The notes: generated by a model from the letters alone, not told the origin. A DNA stretch of 64,000 nucleotides from an uncultured Bacillota bacterium (GCA_947165005.1 CAMUYN010000001.1:1963-65962), one strand, 5' to 3'; counted from the first letter of the stretch, positions 9,025 to 19,065 are shown. Translations and numbers: made by a program.

Positions 9025-9413
9025 ATATTTTCCTCCAAAATAATTTTCATTAGTTCGTCTATTCTATCACTTTTTTCCAATAAATATAAGTATCCAAATA
9101 AACATTCAAATGCAGTAGCCCATTTATAAGTTACTATATTTGTATTTTTCGGATGAGAATAGGTACTAGCATTTCTACCTCTTTTAACTATATCTATTTC
9201 ATCTTCACTTAAATAATTATTATCAAGTAAATAATTAATAAACTTACATTGATTTTTAGCAGTTACATAATTTAAAGATTTAGTTTGTAGATTATTAACT
9301 TTATATGTTTTGTTCTTAATTAGATATTCTCTAACTCTAAGTTCATATACTGAATCTCCTAAATAAGCTAGAGCTAATATATTAACTTCGTTTATATTCA
9401 AACTTCTCACCAC
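9021..9413 (-). CDS. mrnC: Mini-ribonuclease III
   Basis: It contains LALAYLGDSVYELRVREYL. The start is uncertain: GTG 9413 or the TTG 12 nt downstream. Confidence 0.85.
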   Translation of the reverse strand: MVRSLNINEVNILALAYLGDSVYELRVREYLIKNKTYKVNNLQTKSLNYVTAKNQCKFINYLLDNNYLSEDEIDIVKRGRNASTYSHPKNTNIVTYKWATAFECLFGYLYLLEKSDRIDELMKIILEENI

Positions 9414-9434
9414 TCATATAATAACATAAAATAA

Positions 9435-9463
9435 TAAAAAAGAATACCTAATCAGGTATTCTT
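9435..9463 (-). terminator. Intrinsic terminator after divIC
   Basis: AAGAATACCT-AATC-AGGTATTCTT followed by a T-run on the minus strand. The stem overlaps the stop codon. Confidence 0.7.
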
Positions 9464-9741
9464 ATTATTATTTCTCCATCTTTAGAATATAAATATTTTT
9501 CTCTAGCATATCTAGCTATATAATCAGGATCTTGTAATTTATTTACTTGTCCTTTTAATTCTTCTTCTTTATCTTTTAAAACAGATAATTCTTCCATAAA
9601 TTCTCTTTTTTCTTTAGATTTAGTATATAACTCATATCCAGTCTTAACTACTGTTTGAACAAGTAAAAAACCTAAAACTAAATATACAAGAGAAATAATT
9701 ACAAAGTTTCTTTTTACTGTTTTTCTCTTCAAGTTATACAC
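9448..9741 (-). CDS. divIC: Septum formation initiator family protein (DivIC/FtsB)
   Basis: It has a single TM helix, then a coiled coil, then LQDPDYIARYAREKY. It follows yabP-yabQ as in Bacillus. The start may be the TTG at 9732, 9 nt after GGAGG. Confidence 0.8.
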   Translation of the reverse strand: MYNLKRKTVKRNFVIISLVYLVLGFLLVQTVVKTGYELYTKSKEKREFMEELSVLKDKEEELKGQVNKLQDPDYIARYAREKYLYSKDGEIIIRIPD

Positions 9742-9765
9742 CCTCCATTCTACATTAAGTATAGT

Positions 9766-10062
9766 TTATTTTATTTTAGTAGTCAATTTATTTTTATTAG
9801 GGAATGTAAAGTAATATCTATAAAAAATAATTCCTAATATAAAGACTGGAAGCATATAAATATGCAATCTTGCATTATTAATAAATCTTATTAATATAAA
9901 AAACAACAAGGTATGATCAATCAAAAATAATAAATTTAGTATTAAAGATATTATTTTTTTATTATTAAATAGTATTTTTTTACTTTTACTTAAAGTAAAA
10001 GCAAAAAATATACCATAAATAAAAGATAAAGATAGACACTTTATCTGATATATAAGTATCAT
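9766..10062 (-). CDS. yabQ: Spore cortex biosynthesis protein YabQ-like membrane protein
   Basis: It is a small polytopic membrane protein lying between yabP and divIC, and it overlaps the yabP stop. Confidence 0.6.
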   Translation of the reverse strand: MILIYQIKCLSLSFIYGIFFAFTLSKSKKILFNNKKIISLILNLLFLIDHTLLFFILIRFINNARLHIYMLPVFILGIIFYRYYFTFPNKNKLTTKIK

Positions 10063-10343
10063 TTAAATAATTTACTAAATACGGATGATTCTTTTTTATT
10101 ATCTTCAATATAACTAATAGAATTAATAGTACCTTTTATAGTTAAATTTCCTTGATATGTATCTAATCTTACTACTTCTAAATTTTCTCCTTTTATATTC
10201 ATTACACCAAGTGATGTTTCTATTAAAAATTCTTCTTTATCAAAACTATCTATTTTTACTACTCCAGTTAATGCTATATTTTTTCTTTCACCTACTGAAA
10301 AAGAATGTGTTAAACCAGAACTTATTTCTTTTAATTTATCCAT
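10059..10343 (-). CDS. yabP: Sporulation protein YabP
   Basis: It contains HSFSVGERKNIALTGVVKIDSFDKEEFLIETSLGVMNIKGENLEV, with RBS GGAGGAAAAT. Confidence 0.85.
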   Translation of the reverse strand: MDKLKEISSGLTHSFSVGERKNIALTGVVKIDSFDKEEFLIETSLGVMNIKGENLEVVRLDTYQGNLTIKGTINSISYIEDNKKESSVFSKLFK

Positions 10344-10391
10344 ATTTTCCTCCGTTTATCTAATTATATGAATATAATCAAAAATTAATGC

Positions 10392-10419
10392 AAAAAAAAG
10401 AAGAAGATTATTCTTCTTC
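10392..10419 (-). terminator. Intrinsic terminator after spoVG
   Basis: GAAGAAGA-TTAT-TCTTCTTC with a T8 run on the minus strand. Confidence 0.6.
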
Positions 10420-10707
10420 TACTGATTCTTCTGAATCACTTGGTTTAGCATCTTCTGCTTGGTCATACGCTTCAAAAATTGCTTTTTCAATCATTTCTCT
10501 AGTTTCACCATTGATTGGATGAGCAACATCTCTATATTCTCCATCAGGATACTTTCTACTTGGCATAGCAATAAATAATTTGTCTTCACCTTGAATGATA
10601 CGAATATCTTTAACAGCAAAGCAATCATCTAAAACGATAGATGCTATACCTTTCATTCTTGAACCTTCCTTTTCAATTTTCTTAACATTTACTGATGTAA
10701 CTTTCAT
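10408..10707 (-). CDS. spoVG: Septation protein SpoVG
   Basis: It contains MKVTSVNVKKI...MKGIASIVLDDCFAVKDIRIIQGEDKLFIAMPSRK....DVAHPIN. Confidence 0.95.
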   Translation of the reverse strand: MKVTSVNVKKIEKEGSRMKGIASIVLDDCFAVKDIRIIQGEDKLFIAMPSRKYPDGEYRDVAHPINGETREMIEKAIFEAYDQAEDAKPSDSEESVEEE

Positions 10708-10769
10708 ATTATCCCTCCTTAGTATAATGTTACCTATATTATATAATAATTATATGTTTTATTCAATAG

Positions 10770-11369
10770 TTATTTTTTCTCTTTATACTCAGCTTCAATT
10801 ATCTTTCCATCTGGTTCTTCACTATTATTTTTCATTCCAAATGTAATAGCAATACTTTCTGCTAAATCTAATACTGAATAAACTATTAGAGATATTCCTA
10901 TTATTTGAGTTAAGCCTTTAGCACCCTCAAAAGGATTAAATATTAGAGCAATACCAAATACAATTATTAATATTGATCCAATTATTGAAAAAACACTTTT
11001 ACTTTGTTTATATATTGATAAAGAGTAAGATAATTTAGTTACACCATTTATAACCATCCATACTCCAAGAAGTAAAGGAACTATGCTGGCAATTATACTT
11101 GGTTTAATTAATATTATAATTCCAAATATAAATACAAATGCTCCAAATATAAAATTTAGTGATAAATAATTAGTCGAATTCTTATCACTAAAAAATTGTA
11201 TTATTGATATTACTCCCCATAAGACTAATATTACTCCAAGTACATAACATACTATATTAATTGCAGTTTCTGGTTTTAGTAATAAAAATATACCAGTAAC
11301 TATAAATAATAATGAAAATATTATTGAAGTAATACTCATTTTTTTAACTTTAGTACTTAAATTATTCAT
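10770..11369 (-). CDS. DUF308 (HdeD-like) membrane protein
   Basis: It has six predicted TM helices with repeated LLLKP / ILIKP and WG/ING patterns. The probable start is ATG 11369, after AGGTGA. Confidence 0.6.
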   Translation of the reverse strand: MNNLSTKVKKMSITSIIFSLLFIVTGIFLLLKPETAINIVCYVLGVILVLWGVISIIQFFSDKNSTNYLSLNFIFGAFVFIFGIIILIKPSIIASIVPLLLGVWMVINGVTKLSYSLSIYKQSKSVFSIIGSILIIVFGIALIFNPFEGAKGLTQIIGISLIVYSVLDLAESIAITFGMKNNSEEPDGKIIEAEYKEKK

Positions 11370-11402
11370 ATACATCACCTAATATAATGATAGCATATTT
11401 TT

Positions 11403-11933
11403 TTATTTTCTAAAATACTTATCAATTATTTCTTTAACAAAAAATTTATATTCTACTTCCGATGAATCTTCTACTTCTAAAGTACATAATGGAGGAAACA
11501 ATACACACCAAAAATTATCACCATTACCTTCTCCTAAAGTAATAACTAATGACTCATAATTGCCCCCTTTATAAGTTAATCCTTTGTATTTTTTCTCTGG
11601 AAAATAATTATTTCCATAGTCTAATTTAAATGATTTGTCGTATCCTAGATTATATAGTTTTTCTTTAGTAATACTGTATAACTCTTCTTTGTGTTCTAGT
11701 AGTATATTTCTCACTTCATCAATAGATCTTGTATCTTTTGTTAATTCTAATATTTTATTTTGTATTAAATTTCTAATTTGTATTTTTATATTCTGATCAT
11801 ATGCTGTATTAGAGTTAGCAATAACCCTGAATCTGATTGCACTATCTGGAATAATATTTTCTTTTTCTTTTGTATTAAAAATAATACCTAACATCAAAGT
11901 TATTAATAATATCGAAATAATAATTTTTTTCAT
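11403..11933 (-). CDS. spoIIR: Stage II sporulation protein R
   Basis: It has a signal/TM sequence, then IRFRVIANSNTAYDQNIKIQIRN and FWCVLFPPLC. Confidence 0.9.
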   Translation of the reverse strand: MKKIIISILLITLMLGIIFNTKEKENIIPDSAIRFRVIANSNTAYDQNIKIQIRNLIQNKILELTKDTRSIDEVRNILLEHKEELYSITKEKLYNLGYDKSFKLDYGNNYFPEKKYKGLTYKGGNYESLVITLGEGNGDNFWCVLFPPLCTLEVEDSSEVEYKFFVKEIIDKYFRK

Positions 11934-11977
11934 AAAAAATCATCCCTTCAATTTCTTTATGGATGATTATTTTTATT

Positions 11978-12700
11978 TTATTCAAAATTATATATAAAGA
12001 TCATTCTATCTCTTCCTTCTAAATCTTTCTTTAATAAGATATTACTATCTGGAAGATATTTATCCTTTATTTTATTTATTTCTTCTGCTTGGCTCTTACC
12101 TATTTCAAATGCAATTAAGTATTTATCATTAAGAATAGATTTAATATTCTTTAGTATTTCTTCATAATAATATAAACCATTATTATCAGCATATAATGCA
12201 ATATGGGGTTCATTATTTTTAACTATTTCATCTATTTCTTCATCATATCTAATATATGGTGGATTACTAATAACTATATCAAATTTTTCTTTTATTCCAT
12301 CATATAGATTAGTTTCTATAAAATTAATATCTACATTATTTCTTTTAGCATTTTCTTTTGCTACTTCTAAAGCTTCTTTAGATATATCAGTAGCATATAC
12401 TATAGAATCTATATCTTTTTTAATAGAAATAGCTATTGCTCCAGATCCTGTACCTATATCTAATACTTTTGGTTTATTAAAATATTCTTTAATAAAATTA
12501 ATAGTGTTTAATACTAATTCTTCTGTTTCAAATCTAGGTATTAATACATTTTTATTAACTATTAAATTGGAATTATAAAAATCTACATTACCTACTATAT
12601 ATTGAACTGGTTCACCATCATTTAGTCTTTTTATTGCTTCATTCATATTGCCTTTATAATATTTTTTTAAATATTCAATATTATTCATAATTCTATCCAT
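11978..12700 (-). CDS. prmC: Release factor glutamine methyltransferase
   Basis: It contains EPVQYIVGNVDF...VLIPRFETEELV, LDIGTGSGAIA and NPPYI. Confidence 0.9.
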   Translation of the reverse strand: MDRIMNNIEYLKKYYKGNMNEAIKRLNDGEPVQYIVGNVDFYNSNLIVNKNVLIPRFETEELVLNTINFIKEYFNKPKVLDIGTGSGAIAISIKKDIDSIVYATDISKEALEVAKENAKRNNVDINFIETNLYDGIKEKFDIVISNPPYIRYDEEIDEIVKNNEPHIALYADNNGLYYYEEILKNIKSILNDKYLIAFEIGKSQAEEINKIKDKYLPDSNILLKKDLEGRDRMIFIYNFE

Positions 12701-12794
12701 TCTCCGTTCTTTTTGCTTTTTTTTCTTTCTATCATACCTTTTTTTTGCATAACATCACCTCAGATTAATACTATCATAGCGCAAAAAGATAGTT

Positions 12795-12830
12795 TAAAGT
12801 GCAAAGATTGCACTTTATTTTTGCACTTTA
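12795..12830. repeat. Three copies of the 10-mer TAAAGTGCAA (one inverted, two direct)
   Basis: On the plus strand, TAAAGTGCAA is at 12795-12804 and TTGCACTTTA is at 12808-12817 and 12821-12830. The first two form a perfect hairpin with a 3-nt loop. Confidence 0.8.
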
Positions 12831-12857
12831 AATTTTTATCTAATTAAAAAAGTTCTA

Positions 12858-13364
12858 TTATAATTTTAGTACTTTACCTACTTCTTCCTTATGTTTAGGA
12901 AGTAATCCTTCTTCTTCTGGATTATCTGAATAATATATTGTTTTAACTAAGTGATCTCTAATTTTATCTAAATCTGATTGTTTACCTAAATCTAGTAAAT
13001 CATCATCATCAATTACACAGTAATGCGCAATTTCTGGATGATTTTTTAAATATTCTAATATTTCATCTTCTTTCCAAATTTCAGTATATGTATTATCTTT
13101 TAATGTTTTACCTATATTTGGAGTTCTTCCTATACATTCAATTCCATGTTTCTTTAGACATTCAAGAACAAATTTAACCCATCCATCAGGCACTTCCATA
13201 GTTTTTTCATCTATTTGATCTTTGGATGATGCCTCTATTACTACTTTAGCATCATATTCCTTGCAAATATCTGCGAGAATTTTAATTCTTTCCTCTACTT
13301 TTTCAGGAGTACTATCATGAATAGTATCTAAAACACCATCAAAATCTAAAAAAATAACATTCAT
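12858..13364 (-). CDS. HAD-like hydrolase domain protein (standalone, DxDGV motif)
   Basis: It starts MNVIFLDFDGVLDT and has CVIDDDD later. It lies between prfA and prmC. Confidence 0.6.
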   Translation of the reverse strand: MNVIFLDFDGVLDTIHDSTPEKVEERIKILADICKEYDAKVVIEASSKDQIDEKTMEVPDGWVKFVLECLKKHGIECIGRTPNIGKTLKDNTYTEIWKEDEILEYLKNHPEIAHYCVIDDDDLLDLGKQSDLDKIRDHLVKTIYYSDNPEEEGLLPKHKEEVGKVLKL

Positions 13365-13401
13365 TTATATCACCTCTTTAATTATAACAAAAAAAAGAAA
13401 A

Positions 13402-14457
13402 TTATTCTCCTGCTAATTTTCTCTTTATATCTTCATTTATTAATGATTCAATTAATTCATCCATTTTACCCTGCATTATTCTATCCAATTGCATTAATGT
13501 TAAATTAATTCTGTGATCAGTTACTCTATTTTGTGGATAGTTATAAGTTCTTATTTTTTCTGACCTATCACCAGTACCAATCTTACTTCTTCTTTCTGCT
13601 CCAACTTCTGCTTCTTGTTTTCTTTGCATTTCATCATATATTCTTGCTTTTAAGATTCCTAAAGCTTTAATTTTATTTTTTAACTGACTTCTTTCATCTT
13701 GACAAGTGACTACTATTCCTGTTGGAATATGAGTAATTCTAACAGCAGAATCTGTTGTATTTACTCCTTGTCCTCCTGCTCCAGTTGATCTATATACATC
13801 TATTCTTAAATCTTGCTCCTTAATATCAATATTAACATCTTCTACTTCAGGCATTACAAGCACGGTAGCGGTAGATGTGTGAACTCTTCCTTGTGATTCT
13901 GTTTCTGGAACTCTTTGAACTCTATGAGATCCTGATTCATATTTAAGTTTAGAGTAAACATTTTCGCCCTTAACCATGAATTCTATTTGGGCATAACCTC
14001 CAGCACTCCCGGCTTCCGCATTAGTTACTTCTATTCTCCAGCCTTGGCTTTCTGCATATCTAGAATACATTTCAAATAAATCTCCAGCAAATATATTAGC
14101 TTCATCTCCACCGGCAGCTCCTCTTATTTCAACAATAATATTCTTATCATCATTAGGATCTTTTGGTAATAATAATATTTCTAATTCTTTAATTAATTCT
14201 TCTTTTTTATCACTTAAATTACTAATGTCTTCTTTAGCTAAATCTGCCATTTCCGGATCATTTAATAGTTCTTTAGCTTCTTCTAAATCACTATCTACTT
14301 TTTTATATTCTTTGTATTTTTCTACAACTTCTCCAATAGATGCTTGTTCTTTTGATAGAGAAGTCATTTTATCTACATTATTTAATATTTCTGGGCTAGA
14401 TAATAGATCACTTAATTCATTATATCTATTAAGAGTAGCCTCTAATCTCTCTATCAT
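13402..14457 (-). CDS. prfA: Peptide chain release factor 1
   Basis: It contains RVQRVPETESQGRVHTS (PxT-type motif) and [28 protein letters not shown] (GGQ). Confidence 0.97.
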   Translation of the reverse strand: MIERLEATLNRYNELSDLLSSPEILNNVDKMTSLSKEQASIGEVVEKYKEYKKVDSDLEEAKELLNDPEMADLAKEDISNLSDKKEELIKELEILLLPKDPNDDKNIIVEIRGAAGGDEANIFAGDLFEMYSRYAESQGWRIEVTNAEAGSAGGYAQIEFMVKGENVYSKLKYESGSHRVQRVPETESQGRVHTSTATVLVMPEVEDVNIDIKEQDLRIDVYRSTGAGGQGVNTTDSAVRITHIPTGIVVTCQDERSQLKNKIKALGILKARIYDEMQRKQEAEVGAERRSKIGTGDRSEKIRTYNYPQNRVTDHRINLTLMQLDRIMQGKMDELIESLINEDIKRKLAGE

Positions 14458-14465
14458 AAGATCAC

Positions 14466-14918
14466 CTATTCCTCTATACTTATATCACTCATATCGTCTT
14501 CTGAAACGATAGTTAAATCTCCAAGATCATCTTCATCTTCTTTGCTATCATCAACTGCTTCATCTGAATAATCATCTTCAATATCTTCTGCATCTTCAGA
14601 ATTTTCAACAGTTTCTGTTTCATCCATTTCGATATCTTCTTCATCACCATCATCAACAACTACTTTAACTTTATGATTTTCTTTTAAATCCCAAGATTTA
14701 CTATCTATAAAGATAAATCTTCCATCAGTTGTCAATGCTGTGAAGAAATCCCCTATTTGTTCAACAAATGTATTTTCATCTAATTCAAGTAATTTACATA
14801 CTTCCTTAAATAGTTTATTTGTATCATATTTCTTTTTATCTTCTTTAATTATTTCGTAAGCTATGTCTGTATAACTCATTAATTCTAATTCTTCTAATTT
14901 CTTTTTTCTAATGCTCAT
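14466..14918 (-). CDS. rpoE: DNA-directed RNA polymerase delta subunit
   Basis: The N-terminal region MSYTDIAYEIIKE...FFTALTTDGRFIFI is followed by a long D/E-rich tail. Confidence 0.85.
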   Translation of the reverse strand: MSIRKKKLEELELMSYTDIAYEIIKEDKKKYDTNKLFKEVCKLLELDENTFVEQIGDFFTALTTDGRFIFIDSKSWDLKENHKVKVVVDDGDEEDIEMDETETVENSEDAEDIEDDYSDEAVDDSKEDEDDLGDLTIVSEDDMSDISIEE

Positions 14919-14964
14919 TATAAATCATCCTTTCTTTTATATTTATGTGAGTATTAATATTTTG

Positions 14965-16659
14965 TTACATTCTTTCAGGCATTTCTATACCTAATAGATT
15001 ACATCCAGTTTTAAGAATGTCTGATACTATAGTAATAAGATAAATTCTTGAATTTCTTTCGTCTACATCATCACTTAATATCTTAACAGTATTATAGTAT
15101 TCACTATAAGTAGATGAAAGTTTTATTAAGTATCTCGATAATATATATGGTTCATTCTTACTGATCACGTCATTTAAAACATCATTAAATCTATATATTA
15201 ATTTAACTAGCTCATATGCTTGACCCTCAAGTAATTTATCATATTTAACATTATTAAGCAATACTTCTTCATTATTTTTTCTTAAAATACTTCTTATTCT
15301 TACATACATATATTGAATATATGGACTTGTTTCTCCGTTAAACTTAAGCATTTCATCCATATCAAATACTTCATCTTTTATTCTAGAATTATATAAATCA
15401 CTAAATACAACTGCACCAATTCCTACTTTTTTAGCCACTTCATCTAAGTCTTCTAATTCTGGATTCTTTTCCATAATTATTTCTTTTGCTCTAGTTATTG
15501 CAGCGTTTAATATATCTTCTAGCTTAATAAAATTACCTTTTCTTGTGGAAAACTTACCTTCTGGTAATCTATACATACCAAACGATACATGTTCTAATCC
15601 ATTAACATATTTATTATCTAAATCAAGGTATTTTGCTGTAGCAAATACTTGTTTAAATGATAAATCTTGTTCATAAGCTACAACATATAATGATTTGTCA
15701 TAATCATATGTTCTTGCTCTATAAAGAATAGCTGCTAGATCACGAGTAGCATATATACTTGAACCATCACTTTTAACAATAATACATGGTGTTTTGATGC
15801 CTTGATCTTCTAAATCTACTACTCTAGCACCTTCACTATCTATTAATTTATTATTTTTTTCTAATATTTGAATTACTTCAGGCATTTTATCTGTATAGAA
15901 TGATTCACCCTTAATACTATCAAATTTAACACCTAATAAATCATATATTTTATCAAATTCTTTTAAACTTAGATCAGAAAATTCTTTCCAAAGTTTTACG
16001 CAGTATTCATCGCCTTCTTCAAGAAGTTTAAAATTATTTCTACATCTTTCTAATACACTCTCATCTTCAGAACATAATGCATTAATTCTTACATATATTT
16101 CTACTAATTTATCTACTGCATCAGTACTTAAATCATATTCAGAACCCCATAGTTTATAACCTTCGATTAATTTACCAAATTGAGTACCATAATCTCCTAA
16201 ATGGTTAATACCAATAGTATTCCATCCTAAATATTTATATATATTGTATAAGGCATGACCAATAACTGTTGATCTTAAATGACCTACATGAAATGGTTTT
16301 GCAATATTTGGAGCAGAATAATCTATACATACTGTCTTTCCATTTGATTCTTCTTTACCAAAATTAGATTTCTTTTTATCGTATTCATTAAATACTATCT
16401 TAGTTAGATATTCTTTGTTAATAAAGAAATTTAAATATCCATTAAGGCTCTCTATTTTTTCTATAGATTCATCTTCAATAGAATTTGCTAATTCATCTGC
16501 TATTTGATTAGGTGCTTTGTGTAACTCTTTTGCGAGTGCGAAGCACGGAAAAGTATAATCACCTTTAGATGAATCATCTATTTCTTTAATTAAATCATAA
16601 ACATCAATATTAATTTCTTTTTCTATCAAAGAAGATATAATCTTTTTAATATCAGTCAT
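14965..16659 (-). CDS. argS: Arginine--tRNA ligase
   Basis: 564 aa with PNIAKPFHVGHLRS (HIGH-type motif) and the C-terminal anticodon-binding end ...GIEMPERM. Confidence 0.95.
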   Translation of the reverse strand: MTDIKKIISSLIEKEINIDVYDLIKEIDDSSKGDYTFPCFALAKELHKAPNQIADELANSIEDESIEKIESLNGYLNFFINKEYLTKIVFNEYDKKKSNFGKEESNGKTVCIDYSAPNIAKPFHVGHLRSTVIGHALYNIYKYLGWNTIGINHLGDYGTQFGKLIEGYKLWGSEYDLSTDAVDKLVEIYVRINALCSEDESVLERCRNNFKLLEEGDEYCVKLWKEFSDLSLKEFDKIYDLLGVKFDSIKGESFYTDKMPEVIQILEKNNKLIDSEGARVVDLEDQGIKTPCIIVKSDGSSIYATRDLAAILYRARTYDYDKSLYVVAYEQDLSFKQVFATAKYLDLDNKYVNGLEHVSFGMYRLPEGKFSTRKGNFIKLEDILNAAITRAKEIIMEKNPELEDLDEVAKKVGIGAVVFSDLYNSRIKDEVFDMDEMLKFNGETSPYIQYMYVRIRSILRKNNEEVLLNNVKYDKLLEGQAYELVKLIYRFNDVLNDVISKNEPYILSRYLIKLSSTYSEYYNTVKILSDDVDERNSRIYLITIVSDILKTGCNLLGIEMPERM

Positions 16660-16663
16660 ACTC

Positions 16664-17071
16664 TTACTCCTTTACTTCTATTTTTAATTCAAATTTACCT
16701 ATATATTCATCTTGTAAATATAATTCATATTTTATATCTAATTTATTATCCTTATATATAAGCTTACTTGTTTTTATTTTAGCATCCATATAAAAATCTA
16801 ATTCTTTTATATAATATGTACCTTTTGTATCTTTTTTATCACTAAAAATAAAACATAATCTAGATTCATTATTATCTTTTTCTAATATAAATTTATCTAA
16901 ATCTATTTTATATTTATCATTACCTATATTAAATTTTAATGTATTTTTTTTAAATACAGATTCAATATTATCTTTTTTAATAGTTTCATCATTATTTTTT
17001 AAATAAAAGTTAATTATATAAATCACCACTTTTTTCAATGAAATTATACCATACCAATATAAAAAATGCAC
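16664..17071 (-). CDS. DUF1934 (YwiB-like) protein; start uncertain
   Basis: It is a small beta-rich protein immediately upstream of argS, as ywiB is in Bacillus. A TGGTATAAT extended -10 at 17051..17043 lies inside the 5' end of the ORF, so the true start is probably a downstream TTG or GTG near 17036. Confidence 0.5.
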   Translation of the reverse strand: MHFLYWYGIISLKKVVIYIINFYLKNNDETIKKDNIESVFKKNTLKFNIGNDKYKIDLDKFILEKDNNESRLCFIFSDKKDTKGTYYIKELDFYMDAKIKTSKLIYKDNKLDIKYELYLQDEYIGKFELKIEVKE

Positions 17072-17121
17072 TTATAATTTAATATTTTTTTAACATAATA
17101 TAAATAGTCTATGGAGATAAT

Positions 17122-19038
17122 ATGAAAAAAAGAAAAATAATGCTTAAAATAATAATTATTTTTATATTCTTTATATATGCTTTTTTTGGATTATTTTATT
17201 TATATATAAGACTAAGTCCTAAATTAAATTTAAAAAAAGCAAATACTATTATTTTATATGATAAAGATAATAAAGAATTCTTTAGAGGTAATGGCTCTAA
17301 AGAATGGATTGATCTAAAAAATATAGATAAAGATTTAATAAATGCTACTATATCTACTGAAGATAAAAGATTTTATGAACATAATGGTTTTGATTATATA
17401 AGAATTATTAAATCTTTATTTATTAATTTAAAATCCGGTTCTATTAAAGAAGGCGCATCCACTATTACTCAGCAATATTCTAGGAATTTATATCTTAATT
17501 TTGATAGAACATTAACTAGAAAAATAAAAGAGGCTTATTTAGCTTTTAAAATGGAAATCAATTATTCTAAGGATGAAATACTTGAAGGTTATTTAAATAC
17601 TATTAATTATGGTAATGGTGTTCTTGGTATAGAAAATGCTTCTAAATATTATTTTAATAAATCTTCTAAAGATTTATCTCTAGGAGAAGCAAGTATACTT
17701 GCAGGAATACCTGCCTCTCCCCAAGATTATTCACCTATAAATGATTTAAATACCTCAAAAAGAAGACAAAAGATAATATTAGATAAAATGGTTAAAAACA
17801 AATATATAACTGAAGATGAGGCTAAAAATGCCTATAATGAAGAATTGGTTTTTTATGGTAAAAAAGAAAAATTGAATTTAACTACATTAATGTATTATAA
17901 AGATGCTGTTATGAATGAACTTAATAATCTAGAAGTAATACCAAAGGATTATATAGAAAATAACAGTATTAAAATATATACTAATTTAGATTTAGAAGCA
18001 CAAACTAAATTAGATGAATCAATTAAAAATAATGTTAATAATGATTTAGAACTATCTAGTGTAATGATTGAAAATAAAACAGGAAAAATAATAGCACTTG
18101 CAGGTGGAAAAGACTATGAAAAAAGCCAATATAATAGAGCATTATATTCTAAAAGACAAGTTGGTTCTACTTTAAAACCATTTTTATATTATACTGCTTT
18201 AGAAAATGGATTTACTGCTTCATCAGAATTTATGTCTAAAAAAACATCTTTTAATCTTGGAAATGAAGTATATAAACCAAATAATGCCGGAAATATATAT
18301 GCCAATAGAAAGATTCCTATGATTTTAGCACTAGCATATTCAGATAATATTTATGCCCTAAAAACAAATATGTTTTTAGGAGATAATCAATTAGTAAACA
18401 CATTAAATAAGGTTGGTATAGATAGTGTTGATAATAATGTTTCACTTCCACTTGGAACAAGTGAAATAAATATTATAAAACTAACTTCTGGATATAAAGT
18501 ACTAGCTAATGAAGGAAAAAAGAATAATAATTATTTTATTAGGGAAATAAAATCTAAAGATAATAAAATATTATATAAATTTAATCAAGAAGAAAAACAA
18601 GTTTTAAATAATAATTATGTGTATATATTAAGTGAATTATTAAGAAATTGTTATGATTACGGATTAGTAGATTATAACTCTCCAACATGTCTATCAATCA
18701 GACCAAAAATAACAAAAAAATATGCTATTAAAACAGGTAGTACTAATACTGATTCACTTATAGTAGGTTATAATAAAGATTATACTTTAGGAGTATGGGT
18801 TGGATATGATGATAATAAAAAATTAAGTGATAAAGATAATTCTATATCAAAAAATATATGGGTAGATACTATGGAGAATTATCTAAGAAATAAAAGTGAT
18901 TCTTGGTTTTATAAACCAAGAGATGTTAATGCCGTACTAGTTAATCCATTAAATGGAAAACTAGCTACTAATGAATCTAAGAAAAAGAAATTCATATATT
19001 ACTTAAAAGGTACTGAACCAACTGAAATAGATAAATAA
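17122..19038 (+). CDS. Class A penicillin-binding protein (glycosyltransferase + transpeptidase)
   Basis: It has an N-terminal TM helix, EDKRFYEHNGFD and GASTITQQ (GT51 motifs), and STLKP, SDN and KTGS (transpeptidase motifs). Confidence 0.92.
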   Translation: MKKRKIMLKIIIIFIFFIYAFFGLFYLYIRLSPKLNLKKANTIILYDKDNKEFFRGNGSKEWIDLKNIDKDLINATISTEDKRFYEHNGFDYIRIIKSLFINLKSGSIKEGASTITQQYSRNLYLNFDRTLTRKIKEAYLAFKMEINYSKDEILEGYLNTINYGNGVLGIENASKYYFNKSSKDLSLGEASILAGIPASPQDYSPINDLNTSKRRQKIILDKMVKNKYITEDEAKNAYNEELVFYGKKEKLNLTTLMYYKDAVMNELNNLEVIPKDYIENNSIKIYTNLDLEAQTKLDESIKNNVNNDLELSSVMIENKTGKIIALAGGKDYEKSQYNRALYSKRQVGSTLKPFLYYTALENGFTASSEFMSKKTSFNLGNEVYKPNNAGNIYANRKIPMILALAYSDNIYALKTNMFLGDNQLVNTLNKVGIDSVDNNVSLPLGTSEINIIKLTSGYKVLANEGKKNNNYFIREIKSKDNKILYKFNQEEKQVLNNNYVYILSELLRNCYDYGLVDYNSPTCLSIRPKITKKYAIKTGSTNTDSLIVGYNKDYTLGVWVGYDDNKKLSDKDNSISKNIWVDTMENYLRNKSDSWFYKPRDVNAVLVNPLNGKLATNESKKKKFIYYLKGTEPTEIDK

Positions 19039-19065
19039 AAAAAGAGACAAATGTCTCTTTTTTTA
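19037..19065. terminator. Bidirectional terminator between the PBP gene and the giant gene
   Basis: AAAAAAGAGAC-AAAT-GTCTCTTTTTTT lies between convergent stop codons. Confidence 0.8.

Noticed and set aside
12701-12780. A 21-codon mini-ORF (MQKKGMIERKKSKKNGEWIEL) with a GAGGTGA RBS upstream of prmC, overlapping its start
   Set aside because: It is too short and compositionally trivial (from A-runs) to call as a gene without ribosome profiling. I mention it only under the 10-mer repeat finding.
872-19065. Recurrent AAAAAGAGAC-N4-GTCTCTTTTT hairpins at about 875, 2869 and 19041, as a possible repeat family or mobile element
   Set aside because: They are short, lie exactly at gene ends and are flanked by A/T runs. 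This is ordinary bidirectional intrinsic terminators converging on the same sequence, with no flanking conserved sequence.
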